Positions 9,910 to 17,927 of a stretch of DNA of 52,670 nucleotides are shown here, piece after piece. The DNA is from Myxococcota bacterium. GTDB lineage: Bacteria > Myxococcota_A > UBA796 > SXON01. A program made the position numbers and the translations under genes. The notes beneath the pieces are model-generated. The model made no database searches and was not told the origin of the DNA. It saw only the letters and a program-made list of their open reading frames with translations. Each line of letters opens with the position of its first letter. Position 1 is the first letter of the stretch. The DNA lies in the NCBI GenBank assembly GCA_040386535.1, contig JAZKFH010000036.1:1-52670 (forward strand), written 5' to 3'.

Positions 9910-11277
9910 CTATCGGTCGTGCCCGCCCGACGGGTGGTCGTTGCCGCCCCACGGGTCACCCATGAACGGGAAGGTGTCGAGGTACGACAGGCCCGCGGAG
10001 TCGACGCCGTCGGGGATGAACGTACCGTCGATGAGGTACCCGCACACGGCGGAGAGGGCCACGTCCACCACGTCGTCCCCGACGTGGCGACCGTCCGGCC
10101 ACTGCCCGAAGCCCGTGCCCTCGAGGTTGATGCGGAGCGCCTCGAACGCGCCGAACACCTTGCCGGACTCGCCGGGGATGGCGCCGCCGAGCGCGTAGCC
10201 GGAGGGGATCGTGCCGGTGGTCGGGTGCCCGGTGAGGAAGGCGAGGATGATGTCCTCGCGGCCGCCGAGGCCGAGGCCCGCGTCGTACTCGGTGGGGCAG
10301 TCGGTGGCGAGGATGCCGTTCATGTAGGTCACGAGCAGCAGGTTCTGCACGTAGGACAGGAACTGGATGTCGTCGCGGGGGTGCGCGGCGTTGAAGATGT
10401 CCTTCTGGGACACCGGGAGCACGACCTCGTTCACGAGCGGGTTGCCGAGGCGCGCGACCTGGACCCAGCCGCCACGCGCGGCGGAGTCGACGCCGGTGGA
10501 GCGGCGCACGGACACGGCGCGGCGCGACGTGGTGGCCCACGACGAGACGACGTGGTTCTGGTTCGCCGCGGTGGCCGCGAGCCCGTCCTTCGTGATGGAG
10601 GTGATGGGCACCTCGATCGCGATGGAGTGCACGTTGAGCCCGAGCAGGCTGTTGTTGTTGCCTTCGGCCGAGGCGAGGTTCAACAGGTCGAACGTGTGCT
10701 CGAGATCGACGTAGAAGCCCTCCTGGCGGGGGCCCGCGAAGAAGCGGTAGTCGCCGGAGCTCTCGATGGCGCCGGTGGTGAGCGAACCCGGGGTGCTGGA
10801 CTCCGGGTTGTACTCGCCCGCCGCCACGCTCGCGACGCCCACGTTGATCGGGGCGGTGGAGCCGCTCGCGAGCACGGTGGTCGCCACGCCGTCATCCACG
10901 CGGGTGACGGTGTAGGTCTGCACCATGTTCAGGTTGGCGGGGTTGGACACCGCGCCGACGTTGTAGAGGAAGGTCTCGGGGATGTTGTAGGTGGTCTGGA
11001 ACTGGACCTGGAAGGAGATGTCCTCCTCCCCGTCACCCTCGTTGTCGATGTGCAGCTGGTACAGGACGTTGTCGTCGAACCGGTGGAAGTTCGGACCGCC
11101 GCCGGGGGGCTCGAGCGGGTTCACGTTCAGGATGAACACGGCCTTGGACGTGTCCTCCGGGCTGATGAACGCGTAGAAGTCGGTGAGGTCGGCCGCCGGG
11201 TCGAGGGCGATGGCGGGGGCTTCGCGGTGGCTGGAGGCGAGGGCGGGGAGCGCGAGAAGGGCGAGCGTAGAGAGCAT
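9910..11277 (-). CDS. DUF4331 family secreted protein
   Basis: Signal peptide followed by SSHREAP...DPAADLTDFYAF; RLGNPLVNE; PDGRxxGDDVVD; FPFM. Confidence 0.88.
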   Translation of the reverse strand: MLSTLALLALPALASSHREAPAIALDPAADLTDFYAFISPEDTSKAVFILNVNPLEPPGGGPNFHRFDDNVLYQLHIDNEGDGEEDISFQVQFQTTYNIPETFLYNVGAVSNPANLNMVQTYTVTRVDDGVATTVLASGSTAPINVGVASVAAGEYNPESSTPGSLTTGAIESSGDYRFFAGPRQEGFYVDLEHTFDLLNLASAEGNNNSLLGLNVHSIAIEVPITSITKDGLAATAANQNHVVSSWATTSRRAVSVRRSTGVDSAARGGWVQVARLGNPLVNEVVLPVSQKDIFNAAHPRDDIQFLSYVQNLLLVTYMNGILATDCPTEYDAGLGLGGREDIILAFLTGHPTTGTIPSGYALGGAIPGESGKVFGAFEALRINLEGTGFGQWPDGRHVGDDVVDVALSAVCGYLIDGTFIPDGVDSAGLSYLDTFPFMGDPWGGNDHPSGGHDR

Positions 11278-11316
11278 GAAGTTCCTCGAGAGCGGCGCGT
11301 GCGCCGCGAGACGGGT

Positions 11317-12369
11317 TCAGTACGAGAGGACGTAGATGTCGCTGCCACCGAGGCTGGACTGCTCGGCGACGAACACGTCGTCGGGGGTGACCGCGACGCC
11401 CGCGGGGAGCTCGAGCACGCCGAGGGTGTCGAGCACCTCGAAGCCGGAGCCGTCCGTCGCGAGCGCGATGAGGTTCGGGTCACCGATGGTGGTGTAGTAG
11501 AGCAGCGAATCGTCCGCGTCGACCCCGAGGCCGCCGGGGAAGCTCGTGTCGAACCAGCTCGTCAGTTCAACGGACGCAAAGCCCGGCGTGCTGAGCGAGA
11601 AGATGGCGGCCTTGCCCGCGCCGGCCAACGAGTCGAGCACGTAGAGCATCGTGCCGTCCTCGTTCGCGTCGAGCGCGACGGGGTCGACCAGGGGGCCGCC
11701 GCTCATCTCGACCGTGACCGCGCCGGTGCTCACGACGATCGAGAAGATCGCCGGTGCTCCACCCGGGGTGTAGCCGCTGACGTACACGTTGGTGCCGCCG
11801 TGGGCCGGGGTCACGTCCCCAGGCAGGTCGATCGCGCCGGACGCGCCGATCTCGGTGAGGAGGCCGCCGCCGACCGCGAGGCTGTAGACGCCGCCGTTGG
11901 TGAAGCCCGACAGCGAAGGCGAGGCCACGTCGGAGACGTAGAGCATGCCGCCGTCTTCCGAGAGGGCGATGCCGCTGGGGAGCACGAGCGGATCGCCCGA
12001 GTACAGCGTGGTGGTCGCGCCGGACGCCAGATCGATGGAGACGATGGCGGGCTCGCCGCTGCTGTCGTAGCCGACGGCGTAGAGCGTCGTGTCGCTCACG
12101 ACGAGGTCGGTCGCCTCGGTGAAGGTCGGGACCGCGCCGAAGGTCCAGGGGCCGAAGACGGGCTCGACATCGGTGTCGGTGTCCGTATCGGTGTCCGTGT
12201 CGGTGTCCGTATCGGTGTCCGTGTCCGTGTCGGTGTCGGTGTCCGAATCGGTGTCCGTGTCGGCGTCGCCGCCGGTGTCGTCCTTGTCTTTGTCACTGTC
12301 GCCGCCGGGGCAGCCGGCGAGCAGCGACAGCGTCAACAACGACGCTACGCTAGCTGGGATCCGCATCAT
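11317..12369 (-). CDS. Lipoprotein with Asp-Thr tract and NHL-like beta-propeller
   Basis: LLAGC lipobox, (DT)n linker, repeated PxGIALSxDGxxLYVSD-like blades. Confidence 0.85.
   Translation of the reverse strand: MMRIPASVASLLTLSLLAGCPGGDSDKDKDDTGGDADTDTDSDTDTDTDTDTDTDTDTDTDTDTDTDVEPVFGPWTFGAVPTFTEATDLVVSDTTLYAVGYDSSGEPAIVSIDLASGATTTLYSGDPLVLPSGIALSEDGGMLYVSDVASPSLSGFTNGGVYSLAVGGGLLTEIGASGAIDLPGDVTPAHGGTNVYVSGYTPGGAPAIFSIVVSTGAVTVEMSGGPLVDPVALDANEDGTMLYVLDSLAGAGKAAIFSLSTPGFASVELTSWFDTSFPGGLGVDADDSLLYYTTIGDPNLIALATDGSGFEVLDTLGVLELPAGVAVTPDDVFVAEQSSLGGSDIYVLSY
12169..12267 (-). repeat. 6-bp coding tandem repeat (Asp-Thr tract)
   Basis: About 16 GAYACS-like units on the minus strand. Confidence 0.9.
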
Positions 12370-12613
12370 GCGTGGAGACTCCTTTCATGGCCGGGCCACG
12401 AGGGTGGGGAGGGAGGTGGCGAAGCATATACGAAGCGAGCGACGGCGAGGATCACGCCCTTGACGATTTCTAGACTGGACGCTGGCGACGCGGGCCCGGT
12501 CCCGGGCGTGGATCCCGGTCCGAACGGCGCGACTGATCCACGAGATATTGACATCCGTACAAGGCACGCACACCATGCGTTCCCCGCTCGCGGACCCCCC
12601 AGGAGACGTTTCC

Positions 12614-13996
12614 ATGCATCGCAACAGCTTGATCCTTGCCCTCTCCCTCCTCGTCGCCCTCACCGGCTGTCGAAACAAGGACGAGACCGACACCGGCGAG
12701 CCCGCCGACACGGACACGGACACCGATACGGACACCGATACCGACACGGACACCGACGTCGCGACCCCCAGCATCACGCTCACCGCCCCGGTGGACGGCC
12801 CGACCTACGGCTCGGTGACGCTGACCTACACCGTCGACGACTTCGTCATCGACACCGAGGCGCTCGCCAACGGCGACACCACGCCGGTGGACGGTGAGGG
12901 GCACGTGCACGTGAAGCTCGACGGCGAGTACGTGAACGCTACGTCGGACCTGACCTACACCCTCGACGGGCTGCCCTCCGGCACGCACACCGTGTCCGTG
13001 GTGCTGGCCGGAAACGACCACACCGAGACCACCATCAGCGACTCCGTGACCCTCCAGGTGTTCAACCCGAGCGTGGAGATCGTGACGCCCACGGACGGCA
13101 CCGTGTTGAACGCGAGCTCCGCCACCATGGGGATCACCATCAGCGACTTCGCGATGTCCGAGGACATCGGCGGCGTGCCGGCGATCGGGCAGGGGCACTA
13201 CCACGTGCTCATCGACGGCGCGTACTTCGACTACAGCACCGACCCCACCCGCGCGCTCGCCACCCAGCTCGACGCCGGCTCCCACTCGCTCTCGATCGAG
13301 CTGGTCAACGCCGACCACAGCTCCCTCGCGACCCCGGTGATGGACACCATCACGGTCACCGTCGCGGGTGACGCGCCGGGCGTGTGGATCGACCAGGCCG
13401 CGCTGGCGGGCGACGTGAACAGCGCCACCCTCACCATCCCGGTGTCGGTCACCAACTTCACCCTGTCCCCCGAAGACGTGGGCGGGGCGAACGAGGCCGG
13501 CGAGGGGCACTACCACGTGTTCCTGGACGGCGTGTACCAGACCTTCGGGTCCGGTGACAGCGTGACGCTGTACCACGTGCCCGCGGGCCCCCACATCGTC
13601 GAGGTGCGCCTCGTGGAGAACGACCACACCGAGATCGTGGGCGGCTCGATCGACTACGCGCGGGTGAACGTGGCCGAGAGCCGTCCGGACGTGTTCATCA
13701 CGTCTCCCGCCCCCGGCGACGTGGTCACCAGCACCTTCACGCTGATGGTTGGGCCGGAGAACTTCACCTTCGACGAAGTCAACATCGGTGGTGCAAACGC
13801 GGATGGCACCGGCCACTACCACATCTACGTGGATGACAACTACTACATCTACAGCGCGAGCAACTCGATCCTGATGGCCGGCTTCGACCCCGGCGAGCAC
13901 ACCCTGTCCGTGATGCTCGTGAACAACGACCACACCGACCTCGCGGACCCGGTGTGGTCCGAGGACGTCACGATCACGGTCAGCTTCGAAGAGTAG
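12614..13996 (+). CDS. Lipoprotein with Asp-Thr tract and four GHxH...GxH...DH beta-sandwich repeats (DUF4399/DUF6130-like, putative metal-binding)
   Basis: AGGAGA RBS at 12601; LTGC lipobox; GEGHVHV, GQGHYHV, GEGHYHV, GTGHYHI each followed by GxH and xDH. Confidence 0.85.
   Translation: MHRNSLILALSLLVALTGCRNKDETDTGEPADTDTDTDTDTDTDTDTDVATPSITLTAPVDGPTYGSVTLTYTVDDFVIDTEALANGDTTPVDGEGHVHVKLDGEYVNATSDLTYTLDGLPSGTHTVSVVLAGNDHTETTISDSVTLQVFNPSVEIVTPTDGTVLNASSATMGITISDFAMSEDIGGVPAIGQGHYHVLIDGAYFDYSTDPTRALATQLDAGSHSLSIELVNADHSSLATPVMDTITVTVAGDAPGVWIDQAALAGDVNSATLTIPVSVTNFTLSPEDVGGANEAGEGHYHVFLDGVYQTFGSGDSVTLYHVPAGPHIVEVRLVENDHTEIVGGSIDYARVNVAESRPDVFITSPAPGDVVTSTFTLMVGPENFTFDEVNIGGANADGTGHYHIYVDDNYYIYSASNSILMAGFDPGEHTLSVMLVNNDHTDLADPVWSEDVTITVSFEE
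12707..12757 (+). repeat. 6-bp coding tandem repeat (Asp-Thr tract)
   Basis: About 8 GAYACS units. Confidence 0.9.
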
Positions 13997-14006
13997 TCGT
14001 GATGGG

Positions 14007-14038
14007 TGATACATCGATCTGATACATCGGATGTATCA
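14007..14038. promoter_or_regulatory. Triple TGATACATC site (two direct, one inverted)
   Basis: TGATACATC 14007-14015 and 14020-14028, GATGTATCA 14030-14038; intergenic, just upstream of TGCTACCCT -10-like box at 14047-14055. Confidence 0.6.
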
Positions 14039-14061
14039 CCCGCATCTGCTACCCTCGCCGG

Positions 14062-14733
14062 ATGCTCGCGCTCCTGGTCCTCTTCGCCTGCACGCCTCCA
14101 GACGAAGGGAACGACAGCGCGGACACCGGGGACACCGGGGCCGGTTGGAGCGGGCCGTGCCCACCCGGCACGGTCCTCGTCGGCGACTTCTGCATCGATG
14201 CCTGGGAGGCCACGGTGACGGGCGACGCGGGGCCGGAGGACCAGGGTTCCACCTGGCCCGAGCACGTGTCGACCGCCTCCGCGGCCCCGCTGGAGGGCGT
14301 CGTGCCGACCGACCTGTTGTCCTGGTACCAGGCGAGCGCGGCGTGTGGCAACGCGGGCAAACATCTCTGCACCGTGACCGAGTGGCAGCTGGCGTGCGGC
14401 ACCACCGTCCTCCCGTGGGGCGAGGAGCCGCTCGCCGAGGAGGTGTGCGCGCTCCCGGCCCCGGACGGCACGACCGCGTGGACCGAGCTTCAACCGACAG
14501 GCTCCCTGCCCGGCTGCCGCTCTCCCGAAGGCGTGTACGACCAGATCGGCAACGCCTGGGAGTGGGCGGACCCCGAGACGACCGACGCCGAAGGCCTGCC
14601 CCACGCCGCGAAGATGGGCGGCGCGTTCTACGCCGGCGCGGGCAACGGAAACTGCGTGGTCGGCCCCTTTCTCGACCACCCACCTGCATTTTCTGGGACG
14701 ATCGCCGCCCGTTGTTGCGTGGACGCCCGGTAG
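14062..14733 (+). CDS. Formylglycine-generating-enzyme (SUMF1/FGE-sulfatase) domain lipoprotein
   Basis: CPPGTVLVGDFCIDAWE, GKHLCTVTEWQLAC, GVYDQIGNAWEW, terminal RCC. Confidence 0.85.
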   Translation: MLALLVLFACTPPDEGNDSADTGDTGAGWSGPCPPGTVLVGDFCIDAWEATVTGDAGPEDQGSTWPEHVSTASAAPLEGVVPTDLLSWYQASAACGNAGKHLCTVTEWQLACGTTVLPWGEEPLAEEVCALPAPDGTTAWTELQPTGSLPGCRSPEGVYDQIGNAWEWADPETTDAEGLPHAAKMGGAFYAGAGNGNCVVGPFLDHPPAFSGTIAARCCVDAR

Positions 14734-14798
14734 TCCGCGGACCAGGGAAGGCGGGCGGCACCCCGGTGGGTTAGCCGTGCGCCCCTTTGGAGTGGATC

Positions 14799-15893
14799 AT
14801 GGCCGTACAGGCAGGCATCGTCGGCCTCCCGAACGTCGGGAAGAGCACCCTCTTCAACGCGCTGACCGCCGCTGGCGCGGCCGCGGCGAACTACCCGTTC
14901 TGCACAATCGAGCCCAACGTGGGCGTCGTGGCCGTGCCGGACCCGCGCCTCCAGAAGATCCTCAAGGTCATCGCCTCGAAGCAGGTGTTGCCCGCCGCCG
15001 TCGAGATCGTCGACATCGCCGGCCTCGTGCGCGGCGCGAGCAAGGGCGAGGGCCTGGGGAACCAGTTCCTCGGCCACATCCGCTCGGTCGACGCGATCCT
15101 CCACGTGGTGCGCTGCTTCGAGGACCCGGACGTGGTGCATGTCGACGGCGGGGTCGATCCCGACCGCGACATCGAGACCATCGAAACCGAGCTCTGCCTC
15201 GCCGACCTCGACACCGCGCAGAAGCGGGTGGACCGCTGCAAGAAGATGTCGAAGAGCGGCGACAAGGAGCAGCTGTTCCACCTCGGCGTCGCCGAGAAGC
15301 TCGTCGCGATGCTCGATCAGGGCAAGCCCGCGCGCTCGGGCAAGTGGTCCGAGGAGGAGCTCGCGAGCATCGTCGAGACGCAGCTCATCACGTCAAAACC
15401 CGTGCTCTACGTGTGCAACGTCGACGAGAACGGCCTCACCAGCGACAACGCTTTCGTGACCCGCGTGAAGGCCCGCGCCGAGAAGGAAGGCGCCCGCACC
15501 GTGACCCTCTGCGCGAAGATAGAGGCCGAGGTGTCCGAGCTCCCCGAGGAGGACCGCCCCGGCTTCCTCGCCGACCTCGGCATCGCCGAAGCCGGCCTCG
15601 CGGCGCTCGCCCGCCAGACCTACCGCCTGCTCGGCCTGCAGACCTACTTCACCGCGGGCCCGAAAGAGATCCGCGCGTGGACCATCCCCGTGGGCGCCCG
15701 CGCCCCCCAGGCCGCCGGCGTGATCCACTCGGACTTCGAGCGCGGCTTCATCCGCGCTGAGGTCTACTCGGTGGACGACCTGGTCGCCGCTGGCGGCGAG
15801 GCGGCGCTCAAGGCGCAGGGGAAGATGCGGGTGGAGGGGAAGGAGTATGTGGTGGCGGATGGGGATGTGATGCATTTTCGGTTCAATGTGTAG
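14799..15893 (+). CDS. ychF: Redox-regulated ATPase YchF (Obg family)
   Basis: GIVGLPNVGKSTLFNALT, ANYPFCTIEPN, DIAGLVRGASKGEGLGNQFL, TGS domain (FTAGPKE, IHSDFERGFIRAE). Confidence 0.97.
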   Translation: MAVQAGIVGLPNVGKSTLFNALTAAGAAAANYPFCTIEPNVGVVAVPDPRLQKILKVIASKQVLPAAVEIVDIAGLVRGASKGEGLGNQFLGHIRSVDAILHVVRCFEDPDVVHVDGGVDPDRDIETIETELCLADLDTAQKRVDRCKKMSKSGDKEQLFHLGVAEKLVAMLDQGKPARSGKWSEEELASIVETQLITSKPVLYVCNVDENGLTSDNAFVTRVKARAEKEGARTVTLCAKIEAEVSELPEEDRPGFLADLGIAEAGLAALARQTYRLLGLQTYFTAGPKEIRAWTIPVGARAPQAAGVIHSDFERGFIRAEVYSVDDLVAAGGEAALKAQGKMRVEGKEYVVADGDVMHFRFNV

Positions 15894-15909
15894 GATCGAC
15901 AGTTCGCGA

Positions 15910-15937
15910 GGTTGAAGGCGGAACGTTTCCTTCAACC
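15910..15937. terminator. Hairpin between convergent ychF and LysR genes
   Basis: GGTTGAAGG / CCTTCAACC 9-bp inverted repeat; no clear U-tract. Confidence 0.45.
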
Positions 15938-15984
15938 GTCGCGGCCGGCGCCCGTGCCCCACACCCTACCGGATACCCCCGGCA

Positions 15985-16905
15985 CTACGGTCCGCGAGTC
16001 GGGCTCTCCGGTCGCGTGAGTGCCCCGACCGCCGGGGACAGGAGCTCCGCCAGCCACTCCATGACCGCGCGCACACGCATCGGCGGGGAACGCCCGTGGG
16101 TGTGCAGCAGCGAGATCGGCGCCGGTCGCGCGACGAGCTCCGGCAGGATCTCGACGAGCTTGCCCTGGTGTCGGTCCAACCCGTGCCGCGGCAGCTGGAC
16201 GATGCCGAGCCCGGCGACGCCCGCGGCCTCGTAGACGTCGAAGTTGTCGACGGTCACGGCGCTCCGCATCGGTACCTCCCGGTACGTCTCGCCGTCGAAG
16301 TACTCGAACCCCGGGGTCGGGTCGGCGGCGTAGTGGATGACGACGTGATCGCGCAGGTCGTCGAGCGTCCGCGGCGTCCCATGCGCGCGCAGGTACGCGG
16401 GGCTCGCACAGTTCATCATCTTCACCTCGCCGAGCCGGCGCCCGATGAGCCCCGGCTCGTTCACCGGGCCCACCCGCAGCACGAGGTCGAACCCCTCCCG
16501 GAGCGCGGACACGATCCGGTCGCTCGCGCAGATCTCCAACTGAAGCTCGGGGTGGCGCGCGAGCAGGTCGGGCACCCCCGGGATGACGAAGTCGCGCGCG
16601 ATGATGACGGGCAGCTCGACGCGCACCCGGCCGCGCAGGGTGCGCCCCGGCTGGAAGAGCGTGGCGATCTCCTCGGCCTCCGCGAGGAATGCCCGTGCGC
16701 GCGCGAGCACCTGTTCCCCCTCGGGCGTGGGGCGTACGACCCGCGTCGAACGCTGCAGGAGCTGGGTCCCGAGCTCCGCTTCGAGCCGCTGCACGTGCGC
16801 CGAGGCCCGCGCCTTCGGCATCCCGAGCTGCTGTGCCGCGCGCGTGAAGCTGCGAAGCTCGGCGACGCGGACGAATACGTCGAGGGAGGCGAGTTCGAGG
16901 GGCAT
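15985..16905 (-). CDS. LysR-family transcriptional regulator
   Basis: FVRVAELRSFTRAAQQLG, LEAELGTQLLQRSTR HTH; substrate-binding C-terminal domain. Confidence 0.95.
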   Translation of the reverse strand: MPLELASLDVFVRVAELRSFTRAAQQLGMPKARASAHVQRLEAELGTQLLQRSTRVVRPTPEGEQVLARARAFLAEAEEIATLFQPGRTLRGRVRVELPVIIARDFVIPGVPDLLARHPELQLEICASDRIVSALREGFDLVLRVGPVNEPGLIGRRLGEVKMMNCASPAYLRAHGTPRTLDDLRDHVVIHYAADPTPGFEYFDGETYREVPMRSAVTVDNFDVYEAAGVAGLGIVQLPRHGLDRHQGKLVEILPELVARPAPISLLHTHGRSPPMRVRAVMEWLAELLSPAVGALTRPESPTRGP

Positions 16906-16924
16906 TGTCCGATTCTATCAGACA
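16906..16924. promoter_or_regulatory. Putative LysR operator overlapping the lysR -10 box
   Basis: TGTCCGAT-TCT-ATCAGACA imperfect palindrome in the divergent intergenic region; contains TAGAAT on the minus strand. Confidence 0.55.
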
Positions 16925-16981
16925 GTGCGTCCGCCGCCCGGCCACTTATCGCCCGAGCGGGCTGCCGTTACTCCAAGGTGC

Positions 16982-17893
16982 ATGACACCATGGACCCACG
17001 CCAACATCCCCTCGCAGCACGGCCGCTCCGCGGTCGTCACCGGCACCGGCGGCCTCGGGCTCGAAGACGCCCTCGCGCTCGCCCGGGCCGGCGCCGACGT
17101 CGTCATCGCCGGGCGCAACCCCGACAAGGGCGCGGAGGCCGTTGCGCACGTCCGCGCCGAGGTCCCGGGCGCGACCGTCCGCTTCGAACCGGTCGACCTC
17201 GCGCGCCTCGAGTCCGTCGCCGCCTTCGCCGCCCGGCTCGCCGGGCAGCGCGACAGCCTCGACCTCCTCATCAACAACGCCGCGGTGATGACGCCGCCGA
17301 CGCGGCAGCTGACCGCGGATGGATTCGAGCTTCAGCTCGGCACGAACTTCCTCGGCCATTTCGCGCTCACGGCGCGACTCCTGCCGCTGTTGCGCAAGGG
17401 CACGGACCCGCGCGTCGTCACCCTGTCCAGCGTGGCCGCGCGCGACGGCGTCCTCGACTTCGACGACCTCCAGGCCGAGCGCGGCTACCGGCCCATGCGC
17501 GCCTATGGACAGTCCAAACTGGCATGCCTCGTGTTCGCGCTCGAGCTCCAACGCCGGAGCAAGGCGAGCGGGTGGGGCGTCGCGAGCCTCGCGGCGCACC
17601 CCGGCATCTCGCGCACCGACCTCCTCCACAACGCGCCCGGGCGGTGGAGCGGCGCGGGGATCGCCCGAACCTTCCTCTGGTTCTTGTTCCAGCCCGCCGC
17701 CCAGGGCGCGCTCCCGACGCTCTTCGGCGCGACGTCTCCCGAGGCGCGCGGCGGGGCCTACTACGGCCCCGACAAGCTCGGCGAGACGCGCGGCTACCCG
17801 GCCTTGGCGAAGGTGCCGCCTCGCGCGGACGACCCGATCGCCGCCGAGCGCCTCTGGCGTGCGTCCGAGGCGCTCACCGGGGTCACGTTCTAG
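16982..17893 (+). CDS. Short-chain dehydrogenase/reductase (retinol-dehydrogenase-like)
   Basis: VTGTGGLG, LINNAA, GTNFLGHF, YGQSK catalytic motif, HPG. Confidence 0.95.
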   Translation: MTPWTHANIPSQHGRSAVVTGTGGLGLEDALALARAGADVVIAGRNPDKGAEAVAHVRAEVPGATVRFEPVDLARLESVAAFAARLAGQRDSLDLLINNAAVMTPPTRQLTADGFELQLGTNFLGHFALTARLLPLLRKGTDPRVVTLSSVAARDGVLDFDDLQAERGYRPMRAYGQSKLACLVFALELQRRSKASGWGVASLAAHPGISRTDLLHNAPGRWSGAGIARTFLWFLFQPAAQGALPTLFGATSPEARGGAYYGPDKLGETRGYPALAKVPPRADDPIAAERLWRASEALTGVTF

Positions 17894-17927
17894 CGGGCTA
17901 CCCGCCCTCGTCGACGCGTGAGCCCCA

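Noticed and set aside
1598..14038. TGATACATC as a DnaA box, parS, matS or NtcA/CRP site
   Set aside because: Differs from TTATNCACA, TGTTTCACGTGAAACA, GTGACRNYGTCAC and TGTA-N8-TACA/TGTGA-N6-TCACA; dispersed in genes, with no AT-rich origin or dnaA nearby.
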